Shown: positions 51,765 to 61,791, numbered from the stretch's first letter. The stretch: 64,000 bases of DNA from Candidatus Krumholzibacteriota bacterium (GCA_963806035.1 CAWDWO010000007.1:36973-100972), one strand, 5' to 3'. Notes: generated by a model from the letters alone, not told the origin. Translations and numbers: made by a program.

Positions 51765-53973
51765 GCTCCTTCTGGCCGGGATAGGCAACACGTTGGTGAT
51801 GAATCCCCACCAGGATCGGCACGAAGGCCTCTCGAACTCGCGCCAGGTCGCGCATGGTCAGATTGCAGTCGTCGAGCTCGCCTTCTTCCATTCTCCGCTC
51901 GAGGATTCCCTTGACCATTTCCCTGATTCGGCTGGGAGTGGGCCGGCGCAGCGAGCGCGTGCTCGCCTCGACCCCGTCAGCCAGCATGACGATGGCCGTT
52001 TCCTTGGACTGAGGTTTGGGGCCGGGATAGCGGAAGTCCTCGACTTTCACCGCGCCGCCGTCATCGCGTTCGAGCGCCTTGTGATAGAAATAGCGCATCA
52101 CGCTCGTTCCGTGGTGCTCGGGAATGAAGTCGGTCACGTCCTTGGGCAGCCCCCACTGGCGCCCCAGCTCGACACCGTCCTTCACGTGAGCTGCGATGAC
52201 CAAAGCGCTCATGCGCGGAGACAGATCGTCGTGAGCGTTGGGCCCGCCCTTTTGATTCTCCACGTAGTAGCGGGGTTTGAGGAGCTTGCCGATGTCGTGG
52301 TAGTTCGCCCCGACTCGGGTTCGCAGAGAGTTGGCGCCGATCGCGCGACTGGCTGCCTCCGCGAGAGTCCCCACCACTTGGCTGTGGTGGAAAGTGCCGG
52401 GAGATTCCAGGGCCATTCTGCGCAAAAGCGGGTGATTGAGATCGCTCAGCTCGAGCAGGGTGAGATCGGTCGTGATCTCGAAGATGCTCTCGAACACCGG
52501 CAAGAGGAAGAGGGCCAGGGCCGTGCTGACGATCCCACTGCCGATACCCCAGAGAACGGGACGCACCCACTCTCTGAGACTGTTGGCCTGTCCCAGCTGC
52601 AGCGCCCCGACCGATATCAGATAACCGATCGAGACCACTCCGATCGCTTTGTAGAATTGATTGCGATTTCTCACTCGCCTCACCATGCGCATCGCGATGG
52701 CGCCGGCGACGATCCAGACCAGAAGGGTCGAGGCCGGAATGCTGGGCAAAAGCGCGATGAGAAGAACCGAGCTCATGAGCATTCTCGCGGCGGGACCCTC
52801 CCCGTGCAGAATCGTGGCCAGCATGACCAACATGACGATGGGAACCGCAATCGGTCCGAAGGTCCCGCGGCTCAACGCGAGCCAGGTGAACAGGAGATAG
52901 AGCGCGAGGAGCACGCAGAGCGCGAGAAAACGCCGGTAGTCGCTGAGCTGTTTCTTGTGTCGTCCACTCAAGCTCAAGCAGAGTCCGAGCAGGAGGGAGA
53001 GCACCAGAATTGCGCGCCCGGTGCGCAGCCGCAGCGCAATGCCCTTGTTCGAGGCAAATGCGCGCTCGCGGCGCGCCTCCTCGAGTGCGGTCAATACCGC
53101 AAGGTCTTCGCGATTCACGCGCACGCCGCTGTCCAGAATCCGCTCGTTGCGCGCGAACTCCCGGTTGGTGGGCACTTCCGCCACCGCGACACTTCTCTGC
53201 TCCTCGGTGCGCGCGTCGTCGTAGGACAGATTGGGGGTGAGCAGGTAGGCCAGGATCGCGGCGGCGGCGGCCTTCTCGTCCGCGCGGCGGAAAAAAGCGC
53301 CGGCTTCCTTGCGCGCTGCCTCGCCCTGGCGATACCCCAAGACGAGGTCATCGACCTCTTCCACCCTGTCTTCCAGACTGTCCGGATCGATGACGTGGAC
53401 GAGGCTGTAGTTGCCTCGCGGAGTGGTATCCACGATGCCGCGTTCCAGCAGCTTGTCGGCCAGGCTCGCGATCGCATTCGACTTGCTCTCGGTGCCGCCG
53501 TTCACCAGCCAGCGCAAGTACTGGGCGCCAATCCCGCGAAACTCGGATTGAAGGAGCGATACTTTCTTCGCCAGAGTGAGACTGTCCGAGGCGGCCAGGA
53601 ACTTGGCGCGAGTCAAGAATCGCGCGACTTCCTCCTTCGAGTGCTTTTCCGCTTCGGTCTCTCTCATGTAGACCGGCTCGACTCGCCGTGAAGCTTCGAG
53701 CCGCGCGGCCTCCAACTCCCGGCGCGGCCGGGGCGCGCTGAAAGCGAAGGGGGCACGGATCTCATGCTCGGTGATGTCTCCCACTTCCAGCTTGAGGCTG
53801 GGTGCGCTCCGGATCGGCGGAAAGAGCAAGAGGTGCAGGGCGGTGATCGCCAAAAGAGGGAGACCGTACGCGAGCACGAGACGGAAGCTCAATCGCTCCC
53901 GCCACCAATTGGTACCCGGGTCGCGCGCTTCGACCTGTGCGGTTCTTCGCAGTGCCTGACGCCACGATCTCAT
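51682..53973 (-). CDS. pgpH: 7TM-receptor HD-domain phosphodiesterase (PgpH/YqfF-like, cyclic-di-AMP phosphodiesterase family)
   Basis: 763 aa. Extracellular 7TMR-HDED domain, seven TM helices and a cytoplasmic HD domain (HH...VGANYHDIGKL...). Confidence 0.8.
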   Translation of the reverse strand: MRSWRQALRRTAQVEARDPGTNWWRERLSFRLVLAYGLPLLAITALHLLLFPPIRSAPSLKLEVGDITEHEIRAPFAFSAPRPRRELEAARLEASRRVEPVYMRETEAEKHSKEEVARFLTRAKFLAASDSLTLAKKVSLLQSEFRGIGAQYLRWLVNGGTESKSNAIASLADKLLERGIVDTTPRGNYSLVHVIDPDSLEDRVEEVDDLVLGYRQGEAARKEAGAFFRRADEKAAAAAILAYLLTPNLSYDDARTEEQRSVAVAEVPTNREFARNERILDSGVRVNREDLAVLTALEEARRERAFASNKGIALRLRTGRAILVLSLLLGLCLSLSGRHKKQLSDYRRFLALCVLLALYLLFTWLALSRGTFGPIAVPIVMLVMLATILHGEGPAARMLMSSVLLIALLPSIPASTLLVWIVAGAIAMRMVRRVRNRNQFYKAIGVVSIGYLISVGALQLGQANSLREWVRPVLWGIGSGIVSTALALFLLPVFESIFEITTDLTLLELSDLNHPLLRRMALESPGTFHHSQVVGTLAEAASRAIGANSLRTRVGANYHDIGKLLKPRYYVENQKGGPNAHDDLSPRMSALVIAAHVKDGVELGRQWGLPKDVTDFIPEHHGTSVMRYFYHKALERDDGGAVKVEDFRYPGPKPQSKETAIVMLADGVEASTRSLRRPTPSRIREMVKGILERRMEEGELDDCNLTMRDLARVREAFVPILVGIHHQRVAYPGQKEHEDKKEKESIETRARGRRGQDSVATRR

Positions 53974-54959
53974 TGCGAAGCCTCCGGAGTGCCCGCGCCG
54001 TTCCTCTGTCCGTTCGAGGCGGCGTTTTCCTCGAAAGCCGCTACGATTCGACGTACCAGAGGATGGCGAACCACGTCTCGCTCGTCGAGATCGATGAAGC
54101 TCACTCCCGGCACGTCCTGGATGATGGAGCGAACCCGCACGAGCCCACTGGTCTCGGGCTGAGTGATGTCGATCTGGGTGATGTCACCGGTGACGATGGC
54201 CCGGGTCCCTTCGCCAATGCGGGTGAGAAACATCTTCATCTGGCCCAGGGTCGTGTTTTGTCCTTCGTCCAAGATGACGAAGGCGTGATTCAGGGTCCGG
54301 CCTCTCATGTAGGCCAGTGGAGCCACTTCGATGGTCCCGTTTGCCAAGAGGCGCGTCAGACGAGAAGTCCCCAGGCACTCGCTCAGGGCATCGTGCAGAG
54401 GACGCAGATAGGGATCCACTTTTTCCTGTAGGTCCCCCGGCAAAAAGCCGAGTTGCTCGCCCGCCTCCACCGCGGGACGTACGAGGAAGATCCTCTCCAC
54501 TTCCCGGTTCTGCAGGGCCATGAGCGCCAGGACCACGGCAAGATAGGTCTTTCCCGTCCCCGCCGGACCCACGGCGAAGACCACGTCGTGATCTCGAATC
54601 GCCTCGAGATAGCGCGCCTGGCCTCGAGTGCGCGCATGAATGGTGACGCGCTGTTTCCCATTCAGATGGATGCCTTCGGCCACCGCACCGCGCAGCTTGG
54701 GGGCCTCGCCCGCCAAGATCCGATCGATGCTCTCCGGATCGATACGCCGGCCCTCTTGCGCCCAACGCAGAACCTCGCCCATGGCCTTCTCCATGGCGTC
54801 GACGCGCCCCGGTTCACCTTGGAGGATGAGGGTATCACCGCGCACCACGAGCGTGCCTTCGAAACGCTCTTCCAGACGCCGTAGGTTGGCGTCCTGGTGG
54901 CCCAGAAAATCGAGGAGGTCCAGGCCCTTCAGGGAAATGGTGGTTCGCTTCTCGTTCAT
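53970..54959 (-). CDS. phoH: PhoH-like ATPase (PhoH/YbeZ)
   Basis: Walker A motif GPAGTGKTYLAV. The KH-like N-terminus begins at MNEKRTTISL. The ORF-track start at 55166 includes a non-coding-looking Arg/Pro-rich leader. Confidence 0.9.
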   Translation of the reverse strand: MNEKRTTISLKGLDLLDFLGHQDANLRRLEERFEGTLVVRGDTLILQGEPGRVDAMEKAMGEVLRWAQEGRRIDPESIDRILAGEAPKLRGAVAEGIHLNGKQRVTIHARTRGQARYLEAIRDHDVVFAVGPAGTGKTYLAVVLALMALQNREVERIFLVRPAVEAGEQLGFLPGDLQEKVDPYLRPLHDALSECLGTSRLTRLLANGTIEVAPLAYMRGRTLNHAFVILDEGQNTTLGQMKMFLTRIGEGTRAIVTGDITQIDITQPETSGLVRVRSIIQDVPGVSFIDLDERDVVRHPLVRRIVAAFEENAASNGQRNGAGTPEASQ

Positions 54960-55129
54960 CGAGGGCGGCGCCGCGGCAAATGGGGAACTCCAAAAGGCCC
55001 GGTTACGGGCGCTGGCGATCGTCCGAGGAGTCCCTGGCTGAAAGTTATCCCAGTTCCCAGGGCCCTGCAAGCCACGAGGCAGCAGGGTACGTGCCGAGAA
55101 GACCCCTTTTGCGGCGCGAAGACGACGAA

Positions 55130-55155
55130 GCGCCCCCGGCTCTTGCCGGGGGCGC
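55130..55155 (-). terminator. GC-rich hairpin downstream of the LysM lipoprotein gene (candidate terminator)
   Basis: Perfect 11-bp stem GCGCCCCCGGC/GCCGGGGGCGC with a TCTT loop. On the minus strand it is followed by TTCGTCGTCTTCG, which is only weakly U-rich. Confidence 0.4.
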
Positions 55156-55186
55156 CAAGGACGCATGGAGCGAGCGCGCTCAGAGG

Positions 55187-55894
55187 CTAGTCGCGCGGAA
55201 TCCGCAGCTTCCAGCCGGGCCAGATGATGTCAGGATCGCTGATTTGATCCTTGTTGGCCTCGTAGAGCTTGGTCCACTGCGCGGGATCGTTGTAGACCTC
55301 CCAGTACCAGGCGATCTTGCCCAAATACTCGTCCGGCTGCACCGTCCAGGTGGTCGGCCAGTCGCGCGGGATGGTCAATTCCCAACCAGGGTAGATCAAA
55401 TTGGGATCCTCGATCTTGTCCTTGTTCGCACGGTAGATCCGTGGCCACTTCAGAGGATCCGCGTAGATCTGGTCCATGGCCGAGATGCCATAGAGGAACT
55501 CGCCATCTTTCACGGTCCAGACCTTCGGCAGGTTCTCGTAGTAGTCGATCTCTTTTTGAACCGCGTCGATATCGGACTTCTTCTGACCGTACTGATCCTC
55601 GAGCTTCTTGATGTCGGAATCCAGCGAAGCGGTCTGCGCCTTGAGCTTCTGCGTTTCGCCGTTCACTTCCTGTGACTTCTGCCCGAGATTCGCGAGCTCC
55701 TGATCCAAAGAAGCGCAGTAGTCGGAGTACTGATCCTTGCTCAGCTTCTGCACCTCTTCGGGGGTGTAATAATCGCCTGCCGTGACATCGACCTGACGGT
55801 CAACACCCGAGGAACAAGCGGTGAGTGCCATGAGTCCGACAGCAACCAGGGAGAGCCCAGCGCGGCGGATGATCTGCTGCTTCATGTTGATCAT
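55187..55894 (-). CDS. Lipoprotein with N-terminal coiled coil and two LysM-like (YgaU-type) domains
   Basis: Lipobox LMALTAC. The coiled-coil heptads read QELANLGQKSQEVNGETQKLKAQTASLDSDIKKLEDQ. Two repeats of W.V...(E/D).L..I.........W..(I/L)Y.ANKD.I.DP(N/D)(L/I)I.PGW.L.IPRD are present. Confidence 0.65.
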   Translation of the reverse strand: MINMKQQIIRRAGLSLVAVGLMALTACSSGVDRQVDVTAGDYYTPEEVQKLSKDQYSDYCASLDQELANLGQKSQEVNGETQKLKAQTASLDSDIKKLEDQYGQKKSDIDAVQKEIDYYENLPKVWTVKDGEFLYGISAMDQIYADPLKWPRIYRANKDKIEDPNLIYPGWELTIPRDWPTTWTVQPDEYLGKIAWYWEVYNDPAQWTKLYEANKDQISDPDIIWPGWKLRIPRD

Positions 55895-55912
55895 TCCTTT
55901 CCGGCTTGGGGC

Positions 55913-56191
55913 CTAGCGGCCGCTGCCCTTCTTGAGTGTTTCCAGCTGCGAGTCCAACTCGCTCTTGTCGGGCAAGTTCTCGAGCTTCTTCTGAAGATCC
56001 GCTTGCTTGGACTTCTCCGTCTCCAGCTGGGCCTTCGCGGAGTCCAACTGTCCTTGTGCCGTCTGCAGCTCCGAGCGAGCGCTTTCGATTTGTGACGGAT
56101 CCGTCGCACAGGGTTGGTTCTTGGAGCAACCAGTGACGAAAAGCGCCAAACCGATCGTGCAAACGGTGACGAGCCTGATGATGTTCTTCAA
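55913..56191 (-). CDS. Small coiled-coil lipoprotein (Lpp-like)
   Basis: 92 aa. Lipobox LFVTGCS followed by heptad-rich Q/L/K/E sequence. Confidence 0.5.
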   Translation of the reverse strand: MKNIIRLVTVCTIGLALFVTGCSKNQPCATDPSQIESARSELQTAQGQLDSAKAQLETEKSKQADLQKKLENLPDKSELDSQLETLKKGSGR

Positions 56192-56326
56192 GCCCGTTGC
56201 ACCTCCTCTCGCGCCACTTCATTCTGAGGGCGCAAACGTTGGATCCCGACAAAACGCCCTAATTGCGTCCTGACGGTGATCGTTCTTCACGATTTCCTCG
56301 CCAACATAACCTCAGCCGGAATACTG

Positions 56327-58129
56327 TCAAGCACTATTGGTGCCGTTTTCCGACTCATTTTGCGCAGGAACCGTCAGTTTCAAGCTCAGTTCGGCCAATT
56401 GACGCGCTGAGATATTGGAGGGCGCGCCGTCGAGAGGATTGGCCGCGATGGTGGTCTTGGGAAATGCAATGACCTCTCGGATACTCTTCCCGCCGACCAG
56501 CATGGTCACGATCCGATCCAGTCCCAGGGCGATTCCTCCGTGCGGAGGGGCCCCGTACTCGAGCGCCCGCAGAAACCAGCCGAATTTGCGCTGCGCCTCA
56601 TCCTTGGAAATGCCGCACACCGACAGAACGCGTTCCTGCAGCTCGCGCTGGTGGATTCGAATGCTTCCGCTGCCCAGTTCCATGCCGTTGCAGACCAGAT
56701 CGTAGAGCCGGGCGTAGACGCTTCCCGGATCAGATTCCAGCGCCGCGAGGTCCTGCTCGCGCGGCATGGTGAACATGTGATGCATGGCGGTCCAGCCGCC
56801 ACTCTCTTCATCCTGTTCGAAGAGTGGGAAGTCGTGGACCCAGCAGAACTCGAAGTCCTCAGCTTTGCGCAGCCCCAGGCGCTCCGCGATTTCCAGACGC
56901 AACTGACCCAATACCCGATTCGCGCGCGAACGCGTGTCCGCCACGAAGAGAACGAGGTCGCCCGGCCGCGCACCGGCATCCTCGGCCAGTTCCTGCAGAG
57001 CCGCGCTCTCGAAGAACTTGGCAAAGGAACCGCTCAATCCCTCTTCAGTCCACTTCAGGTAGGCCAGACCCTTCGCGCCGTACTTGCGCGCGATCTCCTC
57101 CAACTCCGCGATATCCTTGCGCGAGCTCGTGGCCAGCGAGGGCGCGACCACGACTTTCACTCGTCCCCCCTCCTCCACCACTCTCGAGAACACCTTGAAT
57201 CCGCCGGCGGCGGCTCGCTCGCTCAGATCGACCAAGGGCAGCTCGAAGCGCAAGTCGGGTTTGTCCGAGCCGTATACATCCATCGCTTCATCGAAACTCA
57301 GCCGCGGAAAGGGAGTCTGAATCTCCCTTCCCAGCGCGCGCCCCACGATGTTGGACATCAGTCCCTCCACCAGGGCGTAGATCATCTCCTCGTCGACGAA
57401 GCTCATTTCGATGTCGATCTGGGTGTGCTCAGGCTGCCGGTCCGCGCGCAGGTCCTCGTCGCGGAGGCAGCGCGCGAGTTGGAAATAGCGGTCCACTCCG
57501 CTGATCATCAGCGTCTGTTTGTAGAGTTGGGGACTTTGGGGCAGCGCATAGAACTTGCCCGGATGAACGCGGCTGGGAACCACGTAGTCCCGCGCGCCCT
57601 CCGGGGTGGTCTGAATCAAGAGTGGGGTTTCCACTTCCAGAAAACCCTCATCGGACAAGAACTCGCGCGTCGCGCGCGCCACCTCGTGGCGAATCCGCAG
57701 GTTGTGCTGCATCTCGGGCATGCGCAGATGGAGATAGCGGTACTTGAGAATGAGCTCCTCGCCGGCCCCCTCGATGTGCTCGGGTTGGAAGGGCAAGACC
57801 GCGCAGCGGTTCAAGAGTTCCAGCTGTTCTGCCACGACCTCGATTCCCCCGGTCTGCATCTGGGGATTGACCATGTCGTCGGGCCGTGCGCGCACGCTCC
57901 CCTTCACCGCGACCACGTCTTCCTGTCGCAGCGATTGCGCCTTCACGTGCATCGCTTCGTCTTGCGGACCGAAGACCACCTGGGTCACCCCATAGCGATC
58001 CCGCAAATCGACGAACACCAGTCCTCCGTGGTCGCGCCGGGAAGCCACCCAACCGTTGAGGGTGACCTCGTGTCCGGCCTGAGCCGGAGTCAGTTCCCCG
58101 CAGGTGTGACTGCGCCTGAGCCCTTTCAT
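56327..58129 (-). CDS. aspS: Aspartate--tRNA ligase
   Basis: 600 aa. N-terminal OB fold, class II motifs (FRDE-like, GGIALGLDR) and the bacterial-type GAD insertion. Confidence 0.95.
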   Translation of the reverse strand: MKGLRRSHTCGELTPAQAGHEVTLNGWVASRRDHGGLVFVDLRDRYGVTQVVFGPQDEAMHVKAQSLRQEDVVAVKGSVRARPDDMVNPQMQTGGIEVVAEQLELLNRCAVLPFQPEHIEGAGEELILKYRYLHLRMPEMQHNLRIRHEVARATREFLSDEGFLEVETPLLIQTTPEGARDYVVPSRVHPGKFYALPQSPQLYKQTLMISGVDRYFQLARCLRDEDLRADRQPEHTQIDIEMSFVDEEMIYALVEGLMSNIVGRALGREIQTPFPRLSFDEAMDVYGSDKPDLRFELPLVDLSERAAAGGFKVFSRVVEEGGRVKVVVAPSLATSSRKDIAELEEIARKYGAKGLAYLKWTEEGLSGSFAKFFESAALQELAEDAGARPGDLVLFVADTRSRANRVLGQLRLEIAERLGLRKAEDFEFCWVHDFPLFEQDEESGGWTAMHHMFTMPREQDLAALESDPGSVYARLYDLVCNGMELGSGSIRIHQRELQERVLSVCGISKDEAQRKFGWFLRALEYGAPPHGGIALGLDRIVTMLVGGKSIREVIAFPKTTIAANPLDGAPSNISARQLAELSLKLTVPAQNESENGTNSA

Positions 58130-58560
58130 GAATCCACTCCTCGATCCGTTTCGACGCCCGCGCCCGCGCTCACGCGCAAACGTTGTGTCAGAGCATAGTA
58201 CACGATGGCGATCAAACCTCCCGCTGAACTTCCCGCGAGGTCGGCCGCGTAGTCCGAAAGGGAAGCTGTGCGCCCCGGAATCAGCCGCTGGTAAGTCTCA
58301 TCCACTGCACCCATGAAGAACGCGAGCAAGATCACCAGGAGCCAAGCCGCCAGGGCCGTCTTACCCTGCGCTCGGAAGAGGCGAAAAGAGAGAAAGCCCA
58401 GGATCGAGTACTCGATGCCATGGGCCAGATAGTCCTTCACGGAAAAGCCGACCTTCTGCAGGGTCGGCTCGGGAATCGAAGAAACGGCCAGAATCACCGC
58501 CATCCAGATGATGAGCGGGATTCGATAGTGGAGGGTAGAAGTCGCGTTTCCTGCTGTCAA
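58126..58560 (-). CDS. VanZ-like family membrane protein
   Basis: 144 aa with 4 TM helices and the D.TG(Y/H)..L pattern (SVKDYLAHGIEYSILGFL). Confidence 0.7.
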   Translation of the reverse strand: MTAGNATSTLHYRIPLIIWMAVILAVSSIPEPTLQKVGFSVKDYLAHGIEYSILGFLSFRLFRAQGKTALAAWLLVILLAFFMGAVDETYQRLIPGRTASLSDYAADLAGSSAGGLIAIVYYALTQRLRVSAGAGVETDRGVDS

Positions 58561-58578
58561 GACGGCCCGCCGATGTGC

Positions 58579-59442
58579 TCAAGGACGCAGGTTGGGAAAG
58601 GGGCGATCCGGCGCGAAGCCGTCGATCCCCAAGAGCGCCAGCCCGCTCAACGCGAGCGCAGCGGGCATGTGCTTGTTGTCGAAGCGGAAGGCGTCCAGAT
58701 TCAGAGCCGCCGAACGCAGGCTCCTGCGCGCGGCTGGGGAAAGACTCGGCGCCGCCGCCAGAACGATTCCGCCCCCCGGGGGGCCGGCCGGACCGAAACT
58801 GAAACGCTTGGGATCGATGATGCCGTCTTCGATGGCGCGGCGCAGATCGCTCTCGCGCACGATGGCGAGGTCATAGCTTCCGTGGGCCAGAGCGCAAAGC
58901 GCCTCCTCGTGATCGTAGACGTCGTGGCCGCTCGCCACCTCGGAGAATCCGGAGTCCAGGGGGTGGCCGTGCTCCGCCAGGTATTTGCTGGCGCCTTTGC
59001 CACCCATCCAAGACCAGGAGTCCCCCAGGATCAGCCGCGGCTTCGCCAACTCGAACCAGCGCTTACCCTGAGGAAATACCAGATAGGGCCGCTCGTAGGC
59101 CGCATCCAGTCCCGGGCCCTTGGCGCGGGCGAGAATCTCGAAGCCCGTCGAATCGGCCAGTAGCGAGACTGGCAACAAGAAGAGCCGCGCCTTCGAAAGT
59201 TCTTCGGGCATCTGCGATGCGGTGACGACCTTGGGCACCACGCTACGCCTCAGCTGTTGCGAGAGGTATTCGCAGAGCGGTTTCACCGCGCGCTGGGTGC
59301 GCGTGCGGCCACCACCTTCCAGCACGGTGAGCTGCACCGATCCCGGGAGCTGCGGATCGTGCCAGGGCAAGAAGGTACTGAGCGCCGCGATCACCACGAG
59401 TCCGAAAATGATCCAGGTCCCCGCTTCGCCGACTCGCTTCAT
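58579..59442 (-). CDS. Periplasmic solute-binding-like protein (PhnD/SsuA-type fold, tentative)
   Basis: The N-terminal hydrophobic segment GTWIIFGLVVIAALSTF is followed by an alpha/beta pattern with GG...(S/T) and DLAIV/SYDLAIVRESDL. This resembles phosphonate-binding protein topology, but the assignment is weak. Confidence 0.4.
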   Translation of the reverse strand: MKRVGEAGTWIIFGLVVIAALSTFLPWHDPQLPGSVQLTVLEGGGRTRTQRAVKPLCEYLSQQLRRSVVPKVVTASQMPEELSKARLFLLPVSLLADSTGFEILARAKGPGLDAAYERPYLVFPQGKRWFELAKPRLILGDSWSWMGGKGASKYLAEHGHPLDSGFSEVASGHDVYDHEEALCALAHGSYDLAIVRESDLRRAIEDGIIDPKRFSFGPAGPPGGGIVLAAAPSLSPAARRSLRSAALNLDAFRFDNKHMPAALALSGLALLGIDGFAPDRPFPNLRP

Positions 59443-60364
59443 CGCTTGCCCTTCCCCCGTCGACGATGACCTGGAAACTGGACGGGTCCACCGTGGTGGA
59501 GATGACACCTTCGGGCACTTCGACTTTGGGCTCGATCTGGTAGACGCCGCCCTTGGTGTCCTCGAAGTGCACCACCACTCTGAGGTCTTTCACGCCGATC
59601 GAGGCGAGCACGTGCGCGGGGCCTTTCAAGCGTAGCTTGGCGGACTTCGGCTGCACGTAGACCCGTGATGTGTCCACCTGGTCGCTCACCACACTGATGG
59701 GCACGTTGATGAAGCTGCGTTCGATAATCTCGTCGATGGAGATGGATACATCGGCCTCCACCGGCCGGAGCACGAGGTCGGCGTCGGGGCTGACCAGACG
59801 CACGGTCTCACGGAACGAACGGCGCCGCTTGGAGATCTTCAAGGGTTGTGTATTGACGTGATCGAGTGAAGCCACCAGAGGAGCCGCGCCCTCCACTTTC
59901 ACTTGCGGCGGGCTCACTTCCGGCTTCCCCGCCAGAATCAGACCCTCGTCCAACTTACCGGCCAGGATGACTCGGACCGGTACCGAAGACTCCGCTTTGG
60001 GATAGATTCTGAGGTGCAGCGCGGTCGGGCTCTCGACCGAGAGAGCCGTACCCCCGTCGATCACCTCCCTCACCGAGATGTCGTGGTGGAACTCGCCGAC
60101 GCTCACCGAAGAGAGGTCGACCTCGACTCTGCCCCTGCCCTTGTTGAGGAGATCATGGAGCAGCCGCTCCAACTTCGACTCGCGGAGTCTCACCCAGATC
60201 GTCTCCGGCGCCTTGGAAGCCCGGATCGCCAGACTGTCGGGCAAGCCGGTGAGTGACAGGGGCAGCTCCACGACCTTCTCCACGTCCTGCTGCGCCGCGG
60301 CCTGCGCCCAAAGCACGAGGGCGAGGAGCACACAAACTATTTTGACACTGAGGTTACGGGTCAT
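59243..60364 (-). CDS. YbbR-like domain protein (CdaR-type)
   Basis: Signal/TM MTRNLSVKIVCVLLALVLWAQA, then repeated beta-rich YbbR-like modules (...VELPLSL.GLP......P..I.VRLR...). The last ~65 codons overlap the neighbouring gene and are low complexity, so this may be a frameshift or a genuine overlap. Confidence 0.55.
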   Translation of the reverse strand: MTRNLSVKIVCVLLALVLWAQAAAQQDVEKVVELPLSLTGLPDSLAIRASKAPETIWVRLRESKLERLLHDLLNKGRGRVEVDLSSVSVGEFHHDISVREVIDGGTALSVESPTALHLRIYPKAESSVPVRVILAGKLDEGLILAGKPEVSPPQVKVEGAAPLVASLDHVNTQPLKISKRRRSFRETVRLVSPDADLVLRPVEADVSISIDEIIERSFINVPISVVSDQVDTSRVYVQPKSAKLRLKGPAHVLASIGVKDLRVVVHFEDTKGGVYQIEPKVEVPEGVISTTVDPSSFQVIVDGGRASDEASRRSGDLDHFRTRGDRGAQYLLALARSAAPGIGAAHRAGRWWPHAHPARGETALRIPLATAEA

Positions 60365-60396
60365 GTTTGCATGACCTCAACGCGAAGTACGGTCTA

Positions 60397-61791
60397 TCAA
60401 GGGAGGATCAGATCCTGTCCCACCCGGAGGCTACTCGTTTTGAGATGATTGAGTTCCCGAATCGTCACGACACTGGTGTCGTAGACACGCGCGAGATCCC
60501 AGAGGGTGTCGCCACGACGAACCTTGTGGGTCCGCTGCCTGGCGATCTGAGGCTGTCCTTTCTCTCCGTACCGTTCGCAGTATGCAATGACCGCGCTGGC
60601 AATGGCCTTCGCGATTTCCACTTGAGTGGTGCGGTGTCTCAGGTGCCTCGCTTCGGTCTTGTTGCTCAAGTATCCTACCTCGACCAGAATCGAGGGCATG
60701 GAGAGGGTACGCAGAACCGCGAAGCGCGCCTGTTTGATGAAGCGCGTGTCCATGCTGGAAACCCCTCCGAGGTGCTCCAGCGTCAGCTCCGCGAACTGAC
60801 CACTGCGGCGCAGGATCCCCGAGGACTGCAAGTCCATGAGAATGGACATCATGGTGTCGTCCACCTGGTCGGTCGCGCCCATCCCCACCATGTGCGCCGC
60901 GTTCTCTCGGTTCGCCAGTTCGGCAGCAGCCTGGTCCGTCGCGCCACGGGGCGAGAGAAAGTAGATTTCCGCGCCGTGCGCCCGCGAAGAACGGGCGCTG
61001 TTGGCGTGGATACTCAGAAACAGATCTCCCTGGTGCCGGCGCGCGATCTCCACTCTACCGTGAAGGTCGATAAAACGATCGCTACTGCGGGTCAGAATGA
61101 CTTTGAAGTTGGTACGCGCGCGCAGCTCCTCGGCCATGTACTGCGCGATGTTCAACACCAGATCCTTCTCGCGGATCACCCCGCAGCCGCGGGTGCCCGG
61201 ATCCTTTCCGCCGTGCCCGGGGTCGATGACGATCACGTAGGGGTGACCCTCTCCCGGCGCGTGCAGGGTGGGTGAACTCGCGCGAATCACTTCCGCCTGC
61301 TGCCTGTCTGGAACAGCGGAGCCCGGGGCAGTCGAGTCGATTTCCGGCTGCTTCTCCTCCGCCTCCTCCGCGCTCGCGAGCTGCGCCTCGGGCGCGCCGG
61401 AACCACCGTCCACGTCGATCACCACGCGCGGAGGTTTGGATTCGGAGGCCGCCAAGCTGAAGTGGGAATAGGCCAGTTGGCCCTCGAGGTCGAGCACAAC
61501 TTGAAGACGGTTCCCCAGATCGTTGAAGCGCACTCTCTTCACCCGCTTCTGGTCGATCGCCATTTCGCTCATGTTGAGCTTGGCCGAGTGCGGAAACTCC
61601 AGCACGATCCGCTCCGGATTGTGCACGCGCCGGATGCGATAGTCGCTCTGTCGGCTCAGGTCGAGCACGATCCGCGTGCGCTCCTCCGTGCTGGAATGAC
61701 GCACGCGCAGAAGCTCTGCGGCCGAGACATCCAGCACGGCGGACAGGCTCCAGACCAGAGCCAAGAGGAAGAGAAGAAGCTTCTTGGTCAT
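60397..61791 (-). CDS. N-acetylmuramoyl-L-alanine amidase (AMIN domain - Amidase_3 - LysM)
   Basis: Signal peptide, then the AMIN domain (RVRHSSTEERTRIVLDL...). The Amidase_3 catalytic region is VIVIDPGHGGKDPG...SIHANS. The C-terminal LysM is HKVRRGDTLWDLARVYDTSVVTIRELN. Confidence 0.85.
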   Translation of the reverse strand: MTKKLLLFLLALVWSLSAVLDVSAAELLRVRHSSTEERTRIVLDLSRQSDYRIRRVHNPERIVLEFPHSAKLNMSEMAIDQKRVKRVRFNDLGNRLQVVLDLEGQLAYSHFSLAASESKPPRVVIDVDGGSGAPEAQLASAEEAEEKQPEIDSTAPGSAVPDRQQAEVIRASSPTLHAPGEGHPYVIVIDPGHGGKDPGTRGCGVIREKDLVLNIAQYMAEELRARTNFKVILTRSSDRFIDLHGRVEIARRHQGDLFLSIHANSARSSRAHGAEIYFLSPRGATDQAAAELANRENAAHMVGMGATDQVDDTMMSILMDLQSSGILRRSGQFAELTLEHLGGVSSMDTRFIKQARFAVLRTLSMPSILVEVGYLSNKTEARHLRHRTTQVEIAKAIASAVIAYCERYGEKGQPQIARQRTHKVRRGDTLWDLARVYDTSVVTIRELNHLKTSSLRVGQDLILP

